DNA of 64,000 nt from assembly GCF_009914755.1 (NCBI RefSeq), contig NC_060940.1, one strand, 5' to 3'. A program made the translations under genes and the position numbers. Source of the DNA: the human T2T-CHM13v2.0 reference genome, Homo sapiens. Within the stretch, counting starts at the first letter, position 1. Each line of letters opens with the position of its first letter. Of the stretch, positions 24,507 through 39,189 are shown one piece after another. The notes under the pieces are model-generated. The model did not search any database and was not told where the DNA came from. It saw only the letters and a program-made list of their open reading frames with translations.

Positions 24507-26038
24507 ATATTCTTCAGTTTTTACCAGGGAAAAGGTTATGTTGTTTCAAAAAACAGAATCATCCATAGAATAAATAGGAAGCAAAGTAATTTAGTCAGAT
24601 ACTAAACTAAATTCCCCTAATCAAAGGTGAGACCCTCTGTCCCTAACTCCCTGGATTTAGGGGAGGAAAAAAAGGATTGTAAACTTTGAGTAGATACCAA
24701 GACCAAGAACATGGGAGTATATATTATATCGCTGAATCCTGTATGCTGGAGGATGCTGCCTCCTCTTGGAGACTTCTTCCCACGTAGAACCATATATTCG
24801 ACTTGTCTTCTCCTACATCGTTCCAGTCTCTGAGATCTTTGCCTGAGAACTAACCTCACTTAATTTATGCAGTCTTATCATTTTATCTTCCATGTTCAGT
24901 TTTGGCTTTTTGTTAGCTCTGGCTACCACTGATTTGATTGGCAGATGAGAATGTACTGATTATCTGCAGAGATGATTGCTTTACGAATCCAGTAGATGAA
25001 GAAGATTTATATTGATGATTGATTATTGGCAATGGTCATTTGGTTTTGGAAGCCAATTGAGCTAAAGGTTTTTTATTTCCCTCTTGTAATGTGTGTATAT
25101 CAATGTATAAACACATAGATGCAGCATTCCAACTAACATAATCTGTGATAAATATGTCCTTCCAGTTTTCAGGAAATATTTTTGAGAGTGGGACATGGAT
25201 ATAATAGGATGAGTTAACCATGCTCAGTAGTTCTCAGCACGCTCTTGTCAGTAGCCTGTGCGAGGCTTCCTCTCCTGCTTTACTGATTTCCTTTTCTCCT
25301 CCTTTTTCACACACATCCTTCTCATCCTCTCATGAACAATGTTTCTAAAATGTTGATGTATATATTTTTCTTGTTATGTATAATTTCTACACTTTTTGTG
25401 TACATGAATTTTTTATTCACCTAAGTTGTATTATACAATAGATCTTACTTGATTTTTAAAATTTTTCTTGTACTATGGCTTTAAGATCTATTCATGTTAT
25501 GATGGGAACCTGTAGTATATTTCTCCCAGCAAATTTTTTAATGATAACCATCCAAGTAGTTACTAATCCTGTTGTGCATCAAAATATCTTATGGAAATTT
25601 TTGCTTATTTGTTTTTGTTTTGTTGTAAGACATATATACTAGATGCCACTCCCAGAAAACTCTCATTTGGAGATCTAGAGTACCAGCAAGTTTTAAACCT
25701 TTGTAATATTGGGGTTCAGTCAAGATTGAGAATCAAAAGTAGGTTCCAGCTCTACACAATTCCTTATATTTCAATTCATACCCTTTATGTTGTAAATCCC
25801 AACAATTCAATTAAACCTGTTGCTTGAAGAGTATCAGTGTCCAATTAATGCTAATGTTTTAAAATAATAGGTTCGCTGGAACCTTCTGCAGGATCTGATA
25901 TTAATTTGTGACTCCTCCCACTTAAAAGGTTATCTTAGTTTGCCTCTTCGCTTTTCCCAGTGTCTGAAATATAGAGTTGGGTACAAGCAGTGATTTTTGG
26001 TGTCGTCGTCTTTTGTTTTTAAAATTTTGTCTTAGGCT

Positions 26039-26332
26039 GGCCGGGCGTGGTTGCTCACACCTGCTATCCCAGCATTTTGGGAGGCCAAGGCGGGCAGATA
26101 ACTTGAGGTCAGTATTTCACGGCCAGCCTGGCCAACAAGGTGAAACTCCGTCTCTACTAAAAATACAAAAATTAGCTGGGTGTAGTGGCAGGCGCCTGTA
26201 ATCCCAGCTACTTGGGAGACTTAGGAAGCTACTCGGGAGGCTGAGGTTACAGTGAGCCAAGATCGCACCACTGCACTCCAGCCTGGGAGACAGAGGGAGA
26301 CTCTGTCTCAAAAACAAAAACAAAAACAAAAC
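26039..26332 (+). mobile_element. AluS with a rearranged right arm and (CAAAAA)n tail
   Basis: ggccgggcgtgg...gagactctgtctcaaaaacaaaaac. Confidence 0.93.
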
Positions 26333-29300
26333 TAAAGAAATAGAGTGAAGAAACAGAAGGTGATCAATGGAAGCAAGAAAGCCAGTTAAGTTTACATTAT
26401 TGACATATATACCATCATGGACAACTGTGACTCAATCCTGTTTCTGACCTATGGAACCATGGAAACTGTTCCACAAAAATGTTCTAGCAAATGATCAGAA
26501 TGTGGGCATTTATCCAATAAGTTCTGCAGCTCTTTGTTTGAGGATTTACCCTCTACCCCACCCCAGGTGTTAAGTGAGCTCCCCTTCCCCTGTACTGTCA
26601 GGCTGTGCCTATGCGACCAGATGAGCAGTCACTCGACATTGGAGAAAGCCTAAAAGCTGCCACAGGGTCCCTTGAGATGGGATTCTGGAAGTTTGCAAAA
26701 TGCTGTTCCCCAGTGCTACGCTGAAACTAGCGGGGCCAAGGGAATGTATTGTGGACCTCAAGTAGTGTCTGCTTCCAATGACTTTCTCTTACTATCGTAT
26801 TCTTCTTTGTTCTTTTTTTTCTTCCTGCCTGAAAATAAAAATATGTTCACATACCGTGTAAAAATCTAACACTAGGCAAGACAAGATCCTTTCCCATTCA
26901 TAACTGCTTGATTTAATGGGAAAGGCAGATCATTCAATCCAAAATGGTGGTGGAAGAGATATGCAAATGGAACAACTGAGACTGTTTTTGCAAAATCACC
27001 TTAGGAAAGTCAGAGAAGGCGAAGTGGGAAGGGCTAATCCCTGAGATGCATCTTAAATAATGTTTACAAGAAAGCCCATGACAGAAAACAACCTGTTTCA
27101 TTATCATGCACTCCGATTATTTCCCTTCCATGTGCTTGCAGAAATAAATTATTCTGTTCTTGGCCTTCTCTCTTTACACATATTCTCATTGTCATTATGT
27201 ATAATTTACCTTCTTTATTTGAGCGATTATTTGATTAATGTTGGGCTCCACAATTGACCAGAGGCCATTAGAACAGAAATATCTGTTTCCATTTATCTTC
27301 CTTGAATCCCAAGTCCTAACATAGTGCCTGACATACAGATAAATAAACAAACAGATGAAATGATAGAGTCCCAGTATTGATATTTAAGAGTCCAATGCTT
27401 TAGCAATCCCTTTAATATAAACTTAATGTATGACTTTAGGAAGGTCATTTTTCTTTCATGGGCCTCAGTCTTCACAGTTGATTATTGCATTTAGAGTCCT
27501 AAAATGGACCTTCTAGTTGAGTCTTTAATGACTCAAAATACCATGAAGATAACTTTGGCATTTTGTTTTTCAATAAATCAGTAATAGCCATTCTTTGTTG
27601 AGGCCTTTGCCTTGGAAAAGAATCAACCATCTTTACATAGCCATATAGCATTTACTTCCTCAGACTGTGGCTCACATCTACACAGGTCCAAACCCTTACC
27701 TCTCTTAACCCTTTACATACAGTGCACTTTTATATAATCTTATGCTAGAAAGAGAAGTGTTTATTATTTGAATATCAAACAACATAGACATGAGCATGCT
27801 TCCATTTGGAAAATCTTCTTGGTTCTATTGTCTGAAATATCCACCAAGTAGATCTGTAACCAGGGAATATTTAAAGCCACTGTATATTTTGTTCTTTATT
27901 TTTAAAAAGAGTGTTTTTTTAAATAAAGCATGTGGAATTGCTATGTTAATATAAATCAGGTAATGACAGAGTTGATTTGTAGTGTTGGGTCAGCCCTCAT
28001 TATCTGGAAGATCCATGAAGTCTCAGATGTGTCACTAAGTCATACAGTCTTTGGAGAGTTGGGGCAAAAACAGAGATCTGGTAAATTCACTGTGAAACAT
28101 GGTTGCCATAGACAATCATGGCCTGTTTCTAAAAGCAGAATAAATCCTCATTGGTAGAAAGTCACAAGATGATGGCCCAAATAGTCTTATTTCATGCATC
28201 CAGGCCTCTTGTTACCCTCTTGTGTACCCAATTACAAAGTCAGGAGAGAGGTAAGACATTCACAATGGATGTGCCTCCTCATATATAGAAGGATACACAC
28301 GACCCTACTGGGTATGCATCCACAACTGCAGAGAAGAGAATACACTCTGAGAAAAACTATCTAGTGAGCTACACATTTCCTTCAAACTTTCTGAGTTGTC
28401 AGCAGAACACAATGTCCCGTGCCAAAAATTATGTCAGCCTTTCCCCCCAGAAATCACTCCATAAAAATTTAAGTCTGTGCCATTTCAAATTCATCTGAGA
28501 AAAGGAGAGATAAAGTATCCTTAAATCAAAGAGATTTATGTATTCCAATAAAGCTGCAAGATTTTGTTTTGATAGCAATAATGCAAAAGCCCACAAATTA
28601 AATGCTCTTGAGGAATGATTATGGCTACAGGAGTTATTTTGTTTTTATCAGGATTGAATAGCTGTGTAACTTGTCTCTTATAGTTGTACAGATTGCAGTT
28701 GTATTGATAAGTGGTTTATGAGAAATGGTGTTGAATGAGGAGGAAAGTACAATTTACTTTTAATTTGATTTCATTTGGTAAACCTGACTTCACAGCTTGT
28801 GTTGTGCTTATTTATTATTCACCATCCATGATACAAAGTAACCTGCCACCAGGGACATCAATTATGACCCCCCACCTCCCCACTCAAAGAAGATTGCTGT
28901 CATCAGAAGGAATGCCACGCTCTCTGCCCATGTGTCAGTGATGAGTCAATGTAAAATTTCCTCTGACCTCGAAGGGAGTTTCTGCTTCTTCTCTCTCCCT
29001 ATTGCCAGAGGGTCCTTTACTTTACTTGGCATTCACTAAAGAGCCACAGAGGCAGAATAGACTGATCAAGCAATCCAGAGGCCAGTCAAGATAAATTAGA
29101 TGCTTAATTTATATGCCAGGCTTTGCAGACAGACTAATTACACAAAGACAGTTTGATAAAGTAATATAAGACTCTGCACATATTAGCCAGAGCCTGCTTC
29201 CGTGAAATTATTGCTGATATATGTGCTATGGGCTTTGAGATTTCATATGCACAATTGTTCAGCGGGCACTATGAAACACATTCTATAAAGGTATTAAGAC

Positions 29301-30018
29301 TGGGTGCTATCTGCCAATCTTTTCTAATTTTATGCTGCCACTAAGAGACTATTCTTCCTTGGCTTTGTGATTTTATAGCACTCATTGAGATGAATGTGAA
29401 ACAGTTAAACAGGAAATCTGAAGATACGATGGCCAAGAAAGACACTGGAAATGAAGCACAGACAATTTTCATGGACCAAGCCACTAAAATATTGGTGAAA
29501 ATGGGCCTTTTGAAGAATCACGCTGGATCTAAAGCTCTTGCCTTATCTCTTGAGAATTCAGTCTGAGTGACCAGAGACACAGAATACAAGATAGGAGCTG
29601 AAACACACCGATAGAACAAGAGAAACCTTTGGCTGCTAATGTTATATTGCAAGATCACAGGATCAAGGACAGACTTTATATTCCAGAACTTTGTGTTTGT
29701 GGACAGTGGCTAATAGGGGCAGCCAATAGCTCATGTTCTTGGAATAGCTTTAAACACTGTAATTGAAATGTAAGCTTCACCTAATTGCGTAAGAGAGGCC
29801 AAGAATTGACTGCATTTAGTATAAATACTAATGGAAAGAAAAGGATATTTTAAAGTGAAGGGTATGAGAGATGAGATAATTGGGAGAAGAAAAGAGTTTT
29901 AGGTAATTGAATGAGAAGTTTGAGGATATTAGTAGAGCCAGAAGAGAAACAGCTCTCACAATTACAAGAAGGTAAAATTTTTTAAAAGTTCCCAGATATG
30001 AGAAGATAGCATCAGAAT

Positions 30019-30052
30019 CACACACACACACGTGCGCACACACACACACACA
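30019..30052. repeat. Interrupted (CA)n
   Basis: Direct reading. Confidence 0.9.
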
Positions 30053-30799
30053 AAGAAAAGTATTCATTTATTACCAGAGAAGGATATTTAAAGCAAATAC
30101 ACATATAAAATAAACAAAAAATGTATCCAAAAAGTCATTGCGGCAACATACTAGGACACAGAATTTCTAGATGGGATAAGCACTGCCTATAGCAAAGTCA
30201 GACCTGAATAAATTTCCTCTGATTGTTCTACATGTTACGCTTCCAGTATAGTGGCTGCTCCCAGGTGAATAATGGTGCAGAGGTCATGGATATCTGGGCC
30301 ATCGTATACATTCATTCCTTTTCCTAGTTAGTTTTTAAGAGACACTTTCATCCCTACCTGAACTTTGGTTCGGAAACCTCATAGGGTCAGAACCTTGTTT
30401 TCTGACTTTGAGTTAAGGGCTCCCCTGGGGCTTCATAGAAGTTTTGACATTAAAAGGCCTCAATGTAGCTTCTCTAGAATTTCCGAAGAAAGTTTCAATT
30501 AATGATTTACAATTTCTCAAGGGAATGTGTTAAGTTCCTGGACATCTAAAATCAGCTTCAAAAAAATTCATGTTCAACCCACGATTTAGCCTTTCCATAG
30601 TGTTAGAGTACCTAATATCTCCTCTTTGATCTGTAGAATGATCAAGAAAATAATTGTGGCTACAGACAAGTGCCTTTACATCCCTAAACTCCATGATACT
30701 TGGTTTGCCAACAGAGTTTCCTTGGCAACATGCTTTAGTTATGTGTTACGCTCTCTAATTCCTCCTCTGACTCAATTTATATCAGCATGAACTTGCTTT

Positions 30800-30838
30800 A
30801 ACAACAACAACAACAACAGCAACAACAACACCACCACA
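30800..30838. repeat. (CAA)n/(CAC)n trinucleotide repeat
   Basis: Direct reading. Confidence 0.9.
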
Positions 30839-33800
30839 ATCCTATATTGAAATTCTTTACTGAATCATAAACTGCTGATCACAAGTGCATGCTGGGAGGT
30901 AACATAGCATCCTCCATAAGTATAAAAGGTCTGTAAGTTCTGAAGGTAGACTTCCTCAGTTCTGTATTTTGCCAGAATGTAATGTTAGACATGTTATTTT
31001 TAAATCTTCAGATTATAATTTTTTGTCAGTTTATTTAATAATATAGCAATAATAATGCCTATGTCACTGGATTGCAAAGGGAATTAAATAGCATAATGTG
31101 TGCAAGAAGCTTAGCGGCATGCTTGGCACACAATTGGCATTTAACAAAATTTCAGCTGCTACAGACTTCTCACCAGACTAGAACACTTTTTTTTTCTAGA
31201 AACACATATGGATAATATTTCAAATGAAATAGAGAGTGAATTCTTTACAATCTCAAAAGTACAGTGCTCTCAGTTTCACACAAAAAATGTATACTTCTCT
31301 TTAACAGATACACAGATGAAGATGACATCTATGGAATCTTTTCCTTGCAATTGATGCATTCTTTAGTCCAGTAATATCATCTCACTTTGTATCCAAGAGA
31401 TCCTCTCTGTTCATGTAGAATTCAGGTAAGTCCCCTAAACTTCTTGGTTTTCCATCTGTGGAAAAATTGTGGTGGGAATATTTGTACACCAGTGCTACTA
31501 TTTTATGGCTTTCAGTTACCAGACATATAAAAACCTCAGTTTTATCTAAAAAGTTAACTTTAATATAATGTTTCATCAGTGACTAAAATATCTTCATTCC
31601 TGGTTTATTTCCAAGTTTAATTTCTAGCCTAATGACATAGAAATGACTAATTCCTCTGGCACAAGAAAGTAATCAGTAAATTAAATATTCTTATGCCTGT
31701 ATTCCAAACTTAAAATTGCTTGTTGGAAGTAAGGATTGAATGGAGTATTTGATTACTATCTTGAATAAATTTATTAATTTATTCAAAACTCATTTGAGTG
31801 TCTATAATGTGCTAGATACATGCTAACTTCTAAAGAAAAAAGTATATATATATGTTTTTATATTTGCTTTATAATTCATAAAGTGCTTTTGAGTGACATT
31901 ATCTATTTTAACATTTACGATAATCCGATAAGAAAGGTGAATGATCTCCCATTTTAAGATAAAGAGTTTGATTGTGGGAGATGCCAAGTGACTTTTACAT
32001 CATCCTATAGTTAAGTACTGGACAGCAGGTGGAAACAATCTATTAAAATTATATGTCATTTCCAATCAAACTGTACTCATTCTAAAGTTTTGTGTTTGTT
32101 TGTTTTACCACGTAAGTCAGGAAACATCCAGTTCAATACTTGCCTTTGTCAAAACTTTAATCCTACGATAAATAAAATCTCCTTTCTTAGCCTGGGTCAG
32201 TTTTAGGATATACTGCATTTCTGAATGATGAACTAACACAGTGAAAAGCAATACATTATGCAGAGTCAGAGGGCCTGGAAAAATCAGCTGCTGTTGTTTT
32301 AGCTAATATATAATGATTTCAGGTTTTCTGACTAATGAAACAGAGAATGCCATGTTTCTCCCTAAATGGTGCAATTTCAGCTCTCAGGCTGGAACTTTAT
32401 CAGAAATGCAGATTTAGAAAAGCAAAGTGGTCTATGCATCTGCTCAGTAGAATGGGCTATGTGAATGCTTGTGAATCTTTATTTTGGTAAACCTGATGAT
32501 TTGAAAGCAGAGAGAATGATTAAGTTCCCATGATTAGTAAATAAGGGGTTTGGGACTCAAATCCATTTCTCTCTGGCTTCTAAACCACATCCCCTGCTCC
32601 TGTCTAATGGAGTCTTCTGAGTGTTCTTCTTTCCATTATGGGAATGGGGAAGCTCCTTCTTCTCTGTAGCCTCAGTGCCAAGCATATTATGGGTGTTCAG
32701 TAAATAGGTGGTGAATTGCCTGTGTGGATGAACTTTTCATCATAGCACCAAATACCTCCCTAAGTACTCCATTTTATGGGGCTGGAGGTTTTAAACTGGC
32801 CTAGCCAGGGTCAGTTGCCTTGTCATGTTATTGAAATTACTTATTAACACTGTTTATAACAGCCTCATCCAGAAAGTGATTGTTTCATGTCAGTGAACTC
32901 ACAGCATCTGATGGTGTCTATTCCATTTTCACAGGTGCACCTGTACCCACACGCACACAAACATGGCAAAATGATGTTGTTATTATCTGTTTTTTTAAAA
33001 AAATATTTACTTGTGATTAGCTTATAAGCTAAAATCTGGCCCCTGAAATTTCCATTATGTTTTCTGTCCTTTTTAGGGGGACAAACATGTAGTTTAATTG
33101 TCTATATATCCATATATATAATCTCAATATTTATATTACAGTCCTTTCCAGCTATTGCCAATTAAATACAAGGCCACCAAGGTTATTTTTCTTCTAAAAA
33201 TACTTTCCTTTGACCATCATGAGCACAACTAATACCATGACCAAGGACACTGTCTGTAAAATATCTCCATGGAATTTCAATGTCAGTGAAAAAAAATATG
33301 TAGAAAAGAGAATTACCTTAAAGGCAAGTTAAATATTGAGACAACACATACCTTGGTATGTATAGTAATTGCAAAAAACAATTTGATGAACGTTTAAAGT
33401 TCAAACTGCCTAGAATTTTTTTCCAATGAAAAGAATATTGCAATGCATTGTACATAAACAATGTATTGTAATTAAATATTATTCAATCTAAAACTGTATA
33501 TTTTAAAATATATGCTGTTATTCCCAAATATATATGTTTATGTATATCTAATATATGTATATTAAAATTAATTTAACCCTCTATCTCCCAAAAAGATTTA
33601 TCACAAAGTACATTTCAAGAGAGCAATGACATGTTTATATTTTGTTCACAGTTATACCTTCAATACCTCAAACATTACCGGCCATACAATAGGTAATCAA
33701 TAAATGTTTATTGACTTCATTACCAATGAAACTAATCCTAAGAATTTCTAATGGTAATAGCTTTGTGCTAGGCATTAGCTTACCAATGATAATTCGAAGA

Positions 33801-35605
33801 TGAATTTGATCTGTTCACCGTCTTTAAGGACCTACTAGTGTGTTGATTTTTATAAAAACATATAGGGTAGGCATCACTTTCAGTTAGTCCCATGTCCCAA
33901 AGTTGGAAGCCAAGGCTCTGTGAGACTGAAAGTCTCGCTCAAGTTCAACTATCTAACTGTGGCAAAGCCAAGGCTACAACAAATAATATCTATCAGAAAT
34001 GCCTTTCAGAAATTGTTCTGTGTGCCAACAATTAAACTGCAAATGTTTAGAGTCAGGAAACTAAATGAGTAAACCTGAAGCAGCCCCTTAATGGACTCAG
34101 CCTCTGTCATGATTCTCAGTAAAAAAGCTAAAAGATACTTGGGGTGGTCCCAAGGAACTCAAACCTTTAACATGATTCATGAGCATAAGAAGAGCTCTTG
34201 GAGAAGGATTTTTCCCAGAGTCCCTAGAATTCCTGAAGCTATGGGTGGAAGACATGAGGGAAGTGCTGGGCCAGGGTTTTTATCTGTGAAAGGCACTGGT
34301 TTTGAAGCCTAAAATAAGGTCACATGGTTTTACTAATTTCTAGTGTTTTTTTACAAAAATAGTTATTATGAGCATTGCACATTGAGTTGTCACTTTGAAC
34401 ACCTGGCAGTTACAACAGTCTGGCTTTGTGTCCCAAAGGAAAGACGTACCGATACACTACCAAAGATTGGAACAAGTAGCACTACATATTTCTTCCATAA
34501 GTACATACGTTAATATATGTTAAGTGCCTTACAAATGGACATGTCTTTAAATCATTTATTTCTAATTTTAGGACAACGTTTTCAAGAAACAATCTCAAAT
34601 AAGGATAGACTTTTTTGAGAAAATGGTATATGCATTTTTTTCAAATAATGGAAAGAAGAAAATATTCAACATACAATGGCCTTAGGGTTGTATGATGTGT
34701 GTGTGCGTGTGTGAGTGTGTGTGTGTTTTCATTTTGTGACTATGTAACTACTACCTAAAATAGTTAATAGCTGTAAATGCAAAGCATTGCTTTCATAGTG
34801 ATAATTTGCAGTGGAAAATTATTTCACTTGATAGGATTTAACTTTCTCAAGGTATTGTTTCTTAAATAGCATATTCCTAGGCTCCAAAAGGACATATTTG
34901 TAGCAGTCTGAGAAAATTACATTTTTCCCTTTGGAAAAGAGATGATTCATTACTCAAATGTAGGAAATACTGTTTATTATAAAGTGTAAATCCAAGTATA
35001 TAACATATACATGTGTTAACACACACAAACTTACACAAAATCCTAAAAGAAAATAAAAATGTTAAATATTATTTTATTTTCAGAATATTTTTATTTTAAT
35101 GAATGTATACTTTCTTTACATCAAAAACAAGCAAAACAGTAAAAATACCGTAAAGCCATATGAAATTTACCAGTTATTGAATAATGAAGTCCAAGTACAT
35201 CTTATTTAGTTTCATTGTCTTTTACTTAGAATCACTTTTAACTCAAAATTTTATGCTTCAGCTCTACAGCTATCAGGCCATTTTGTAGTTTACTAATTGG
35301 ACAAGATCTGTTGAGAACATTTTAGCATTTTTTAGATCTTTAAACATATGTTCAGTAAAGTTACAATAATATTGCCTTTCTGATCAATTCTGGATTGTTT
35401 TAACACAGAAAAAGACATTTCCTATAGTTTCAATAAAAGTGTATTTTAAATTATTAACTGTATTACTATTAAGATTAATAATAATTTAATTATAGCCTGA
35501 GTGATGGATGAGTTTGATTCTCCACAGAGGAAAAGGATAAAAAGAAAGAGGTGCTTTTGAATCATTTAATTTGTTAGGGCATTTTACTTGTGAGGTTGGT
35601 ATTAT

Positions 35606-35732
35606 TAATGCTAGATTACGAGTTAGTGGGTGCAGCGCACCAGCATGGCACATGTAGACATATGTAACTAACCTGCACATTGTGCACATGTACCCTAAAA
35701 TTTAAAGTATAATAATAAAAATAAATAAATAA
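35606..35732 (+). mobile_element. Very short 5'-truncated young L1 (L1PA2/3-type) inserted in a MIR
   Basis: taatgctagattacgagttagtgggtgcagcgcaccagcatggcacatg...aaagtataataataaaa; the 'GAG ttagtggg' diagnostic indicates it is not Ta. Confidence 0.9.
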
Positions 35733-36214
35733 CAAAGTTAACACAGAGAAGGTAGCAACTTTAATCAAAGTTACATAAGTTGTATATAGGTGAGAATGCC
35801 AGAATTTGAATTTGAACCTTTGGTCTCTACAAACACTTTTTCACCATTCCTAGGCATTCCTGTCTCTTAAGTCCCCTTAAAGATGAAGCCAAGATTCTTA
35901 CCTTGTCCCATGCAGCCCTTTATCTCTGCATGTCACATCTCACCCTCCCTTTACTGTCAGTTCCACTGAAACCAGCTTCCCCATGGTCAATCTGGAGACC
36001 CAAATTCACCTGGTATTTTTCTTTTCTTTCTTCAACTCAATTAAAAAATACTTCTACATCTTCTTCCTCGGGTTTACTGCTATGGACTACACACATCAGA
36101 TGCTGAGAAATATGCAGTTAAGATACAGATATTCTTCAGAGTCATTTTCATCATCTGCTATTCTTCAAGTTATCTTTTAAATATGCTCTGAAGATGTTTT
36201 TAAAGTACAATCTA

Positions 36215-36552
<338 letters not shown>

Positions 36553-36562
36553 CTATTAGAAA

Positions 36563-36581
36563 ACACACACACGTGTGCACA

Positions 36582-36611
<30 letters not shown>
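36563..36611. repeat. (CA)n microsatellite
   Basis: Direct reading. Confidence 0.93.
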
Positions 36612-36612
<1 letters not shown>

Positions 36613-37329
36613 CCCCCTTATATCTATTTCTATCTGTGCATGCTTATATGTCTATATTTTGCCATCAGACTCATGGTGTTCAAAAGCAACACTGGCTTTC
36701 ATTGAATGCCCCTATAGCAATATTAGCAAAGTGCTATTGCTGCTGGCTCAGTGCTTATTTAAATGGAATAGCAGGGCCATTTCTCCCCATGTTATGGGCT
36801 TCGGTGCACAGCAGAGAGCAGCTAAGGATTTCTTGGCACACATCTGAGTGACTCTCCACAGAGGTCACCTAAGGACACAAGAAATTGGAGGCCAGATAAA
36901 TATCCCTTTTGCATCTTCAAAGAGTGACCTTTCTAGGTGTGCTTAAAGGAATGGGATTTTTCTTCTACTGCCAAGGACAAGAATCTGGCCTAAGCTCAAA
37001 TGTTAACAACAACAAAAAATGAATTCTAAGATGCCACTTCCTCATCAGAGCTTTCTAAGGTGGGAGCGTTCATTGTCAGTGTGAATTCTGTACCAGGAAG
37101 AAAATCACCAGAACAATGGTGCTAAATTTGAACCAGGGCACTGTAGGAAGTGTGGGTGCAAGTGTGGACTTTGTACACAGATGAACCAAAATTTGTACCT
37201 GTTCACCTGAGTTCTACCTTCTAGCAGTGGTCTTTTGTGATCTGATGGACCCCAAGATAACGATTTTAGAAAAGAGGTCCCAGGAAGTACCTTCTTACTT
37301 AGTAAGGGGGAGTGCTTAGCAGTGAGCCA

Positions 37330-37555
37330 GAGAGACTGGAAAGGATTAGTAGTTAACAAAGGATATTTTAATAAGCAGGTTACAGTTATGGGCAACTGAG
37401 CCTCAGTCCCATTGGGAAACTCTAAGAAACAGTATAGAACTTGCCTCAGATTTGTCCCACCAGGTAGGCCAAGAAGCTAGGTGTTTTTCTTCTAAATTAT
37501 TTTAGTCATTGCCTGAAGTTACTTCTGAGACCATTAACATCATGGCACTCTAGTG
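37330..37555. mobile_element. Probable old ERVL LTR fragment (LTR33/LTR16-like); similar sequence at about 26400-26770
   Basis: aagcaggttacagttatgggcaactgagcctcagtcccattgggaaactct recalls LTR33-type sequence; from memory only. Confidence 0.4.
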
Positions 37556-39189
37556 GAGTGGCAGGAAGGCCCTATGAATATATATTGGAAACATGAGTAT
37601 GATAGGAACATGGGTGGGGCCCCTGCTTTTCTAGGTAGGTGACTTAACTGCTCTTACCTTCATCTGTACATTGGGTAGAATCATCAGTGTTTTACAAAGT
37701 GTTATTAAACATCATCTGGAATTACATACATAAAATGTCTAACAATGCCCATTCCCAACGACTACACAAAGGAAAGCATAGCTATATTTCACTTTTAAGG
37801 GGTGATTGACAAAGGGTCCATTTAAATATTCTTAGGACACTATAAGTTTTAAGGCAGTCAACTCTCTGGGCCTCATGATGAAAGTCCTTGTAAAATAATA
37901 TTTGAAGTGCTTTTATCTAAGGATAGAGGTGCTTTATTTGAAGGTAAGGATAGGGGTAAGAATGAATTATGAGCCCACTTACTAGGTAGCAAATGTGTAT
38001 TAACTCCAGGGAAAGGAAAGGTCACGTAGAAGGAGGGAGGAAGTGAATTAATTACAAAGCATCTTGTTAAATAATTGTAAGAACCAGAGAAAAGGCTAAA
38101 AGAATTATGGTTCCACATGCTGACTGTGGCCATGTCTACACTGAGAAAACAGGTCAACTTATGTAACCAGGAAAAGAAAGAAAACATGCAAAGAAGAGGA
38201 GACAGCCTGAAACAATGAAATTTTCAGGTTCTATCTTGGTGCGTGGACATCTAAATATATCAATTTACCTAGAAGAGTTATTTATGCATTATGTTCAGTA
38301 CCCTCTCTGAATATCTGTGCATGCAATGTCTGTGTTTAAGTTATCAATATATGAAAATAGGATCTTTCCTTGGGTTTTATAGGAAAGGTATAATTACCTT
38401 TTCATGTATAACAAGAACAGTAAAATATGCTATAACAAATAAAACCAATGCAAAATAATTTTAAGTCCATGTAAGGGTATTCTATTTGATATAATTAGGT
38501 AACTTAATTGCTCTTTTAGGACTATTTCAGATTCAAAGCTTAGTTTAAGCCTCATCTGAGATTTGAAATTTAACAGCATGCAGTTCTATGTGAGATATGT
38601 GAAAGCAGACAGAGAACTGGTTTGAAATTATGACTGTGTCCTTTACTAGACAGAAGACAATAACATAACTCTGCAACCCTCAGTTTGCTGGGCTACCTGG
38701 TGAGAGTAACAATTCTTACCTTGGATGAAATATATTTGCCAGTCTAGAGTACTTCCTGGTGCTCATAGCATCATAACTCAGATATAATTCATTTAATCAG
38801 TGCTCCTATGGGATGTTTTCATAGTCCAATGCATGACATGTGGGACAGTTTCCGCATATGAGCCAGGATGAACAAATTACTGTGTGGCATGAATCTACAG
38901 AGTACATGTGCTAGAGGTACCACATATATTCATTACTGGAGGTGCCACATATATTCAATTATTCACAATATTTGTCAATGACTATCAAATATGGGACCAT
39001 TTAAGAACCTTAGGAAAAAAATACACAGAAGATCTAGCTATAGTTTACAAGTTGTTTGTTTTAATAGGGAATCCATTTATATAATTAGCTATATAATTAA
39101 TTACAATAAAGTATTGCTAGGGATGTTTGACAAAAATCAGGAATGAATAATTATGAGTAATATCTGCAGTTGACACTAAGGTAGGCAGT

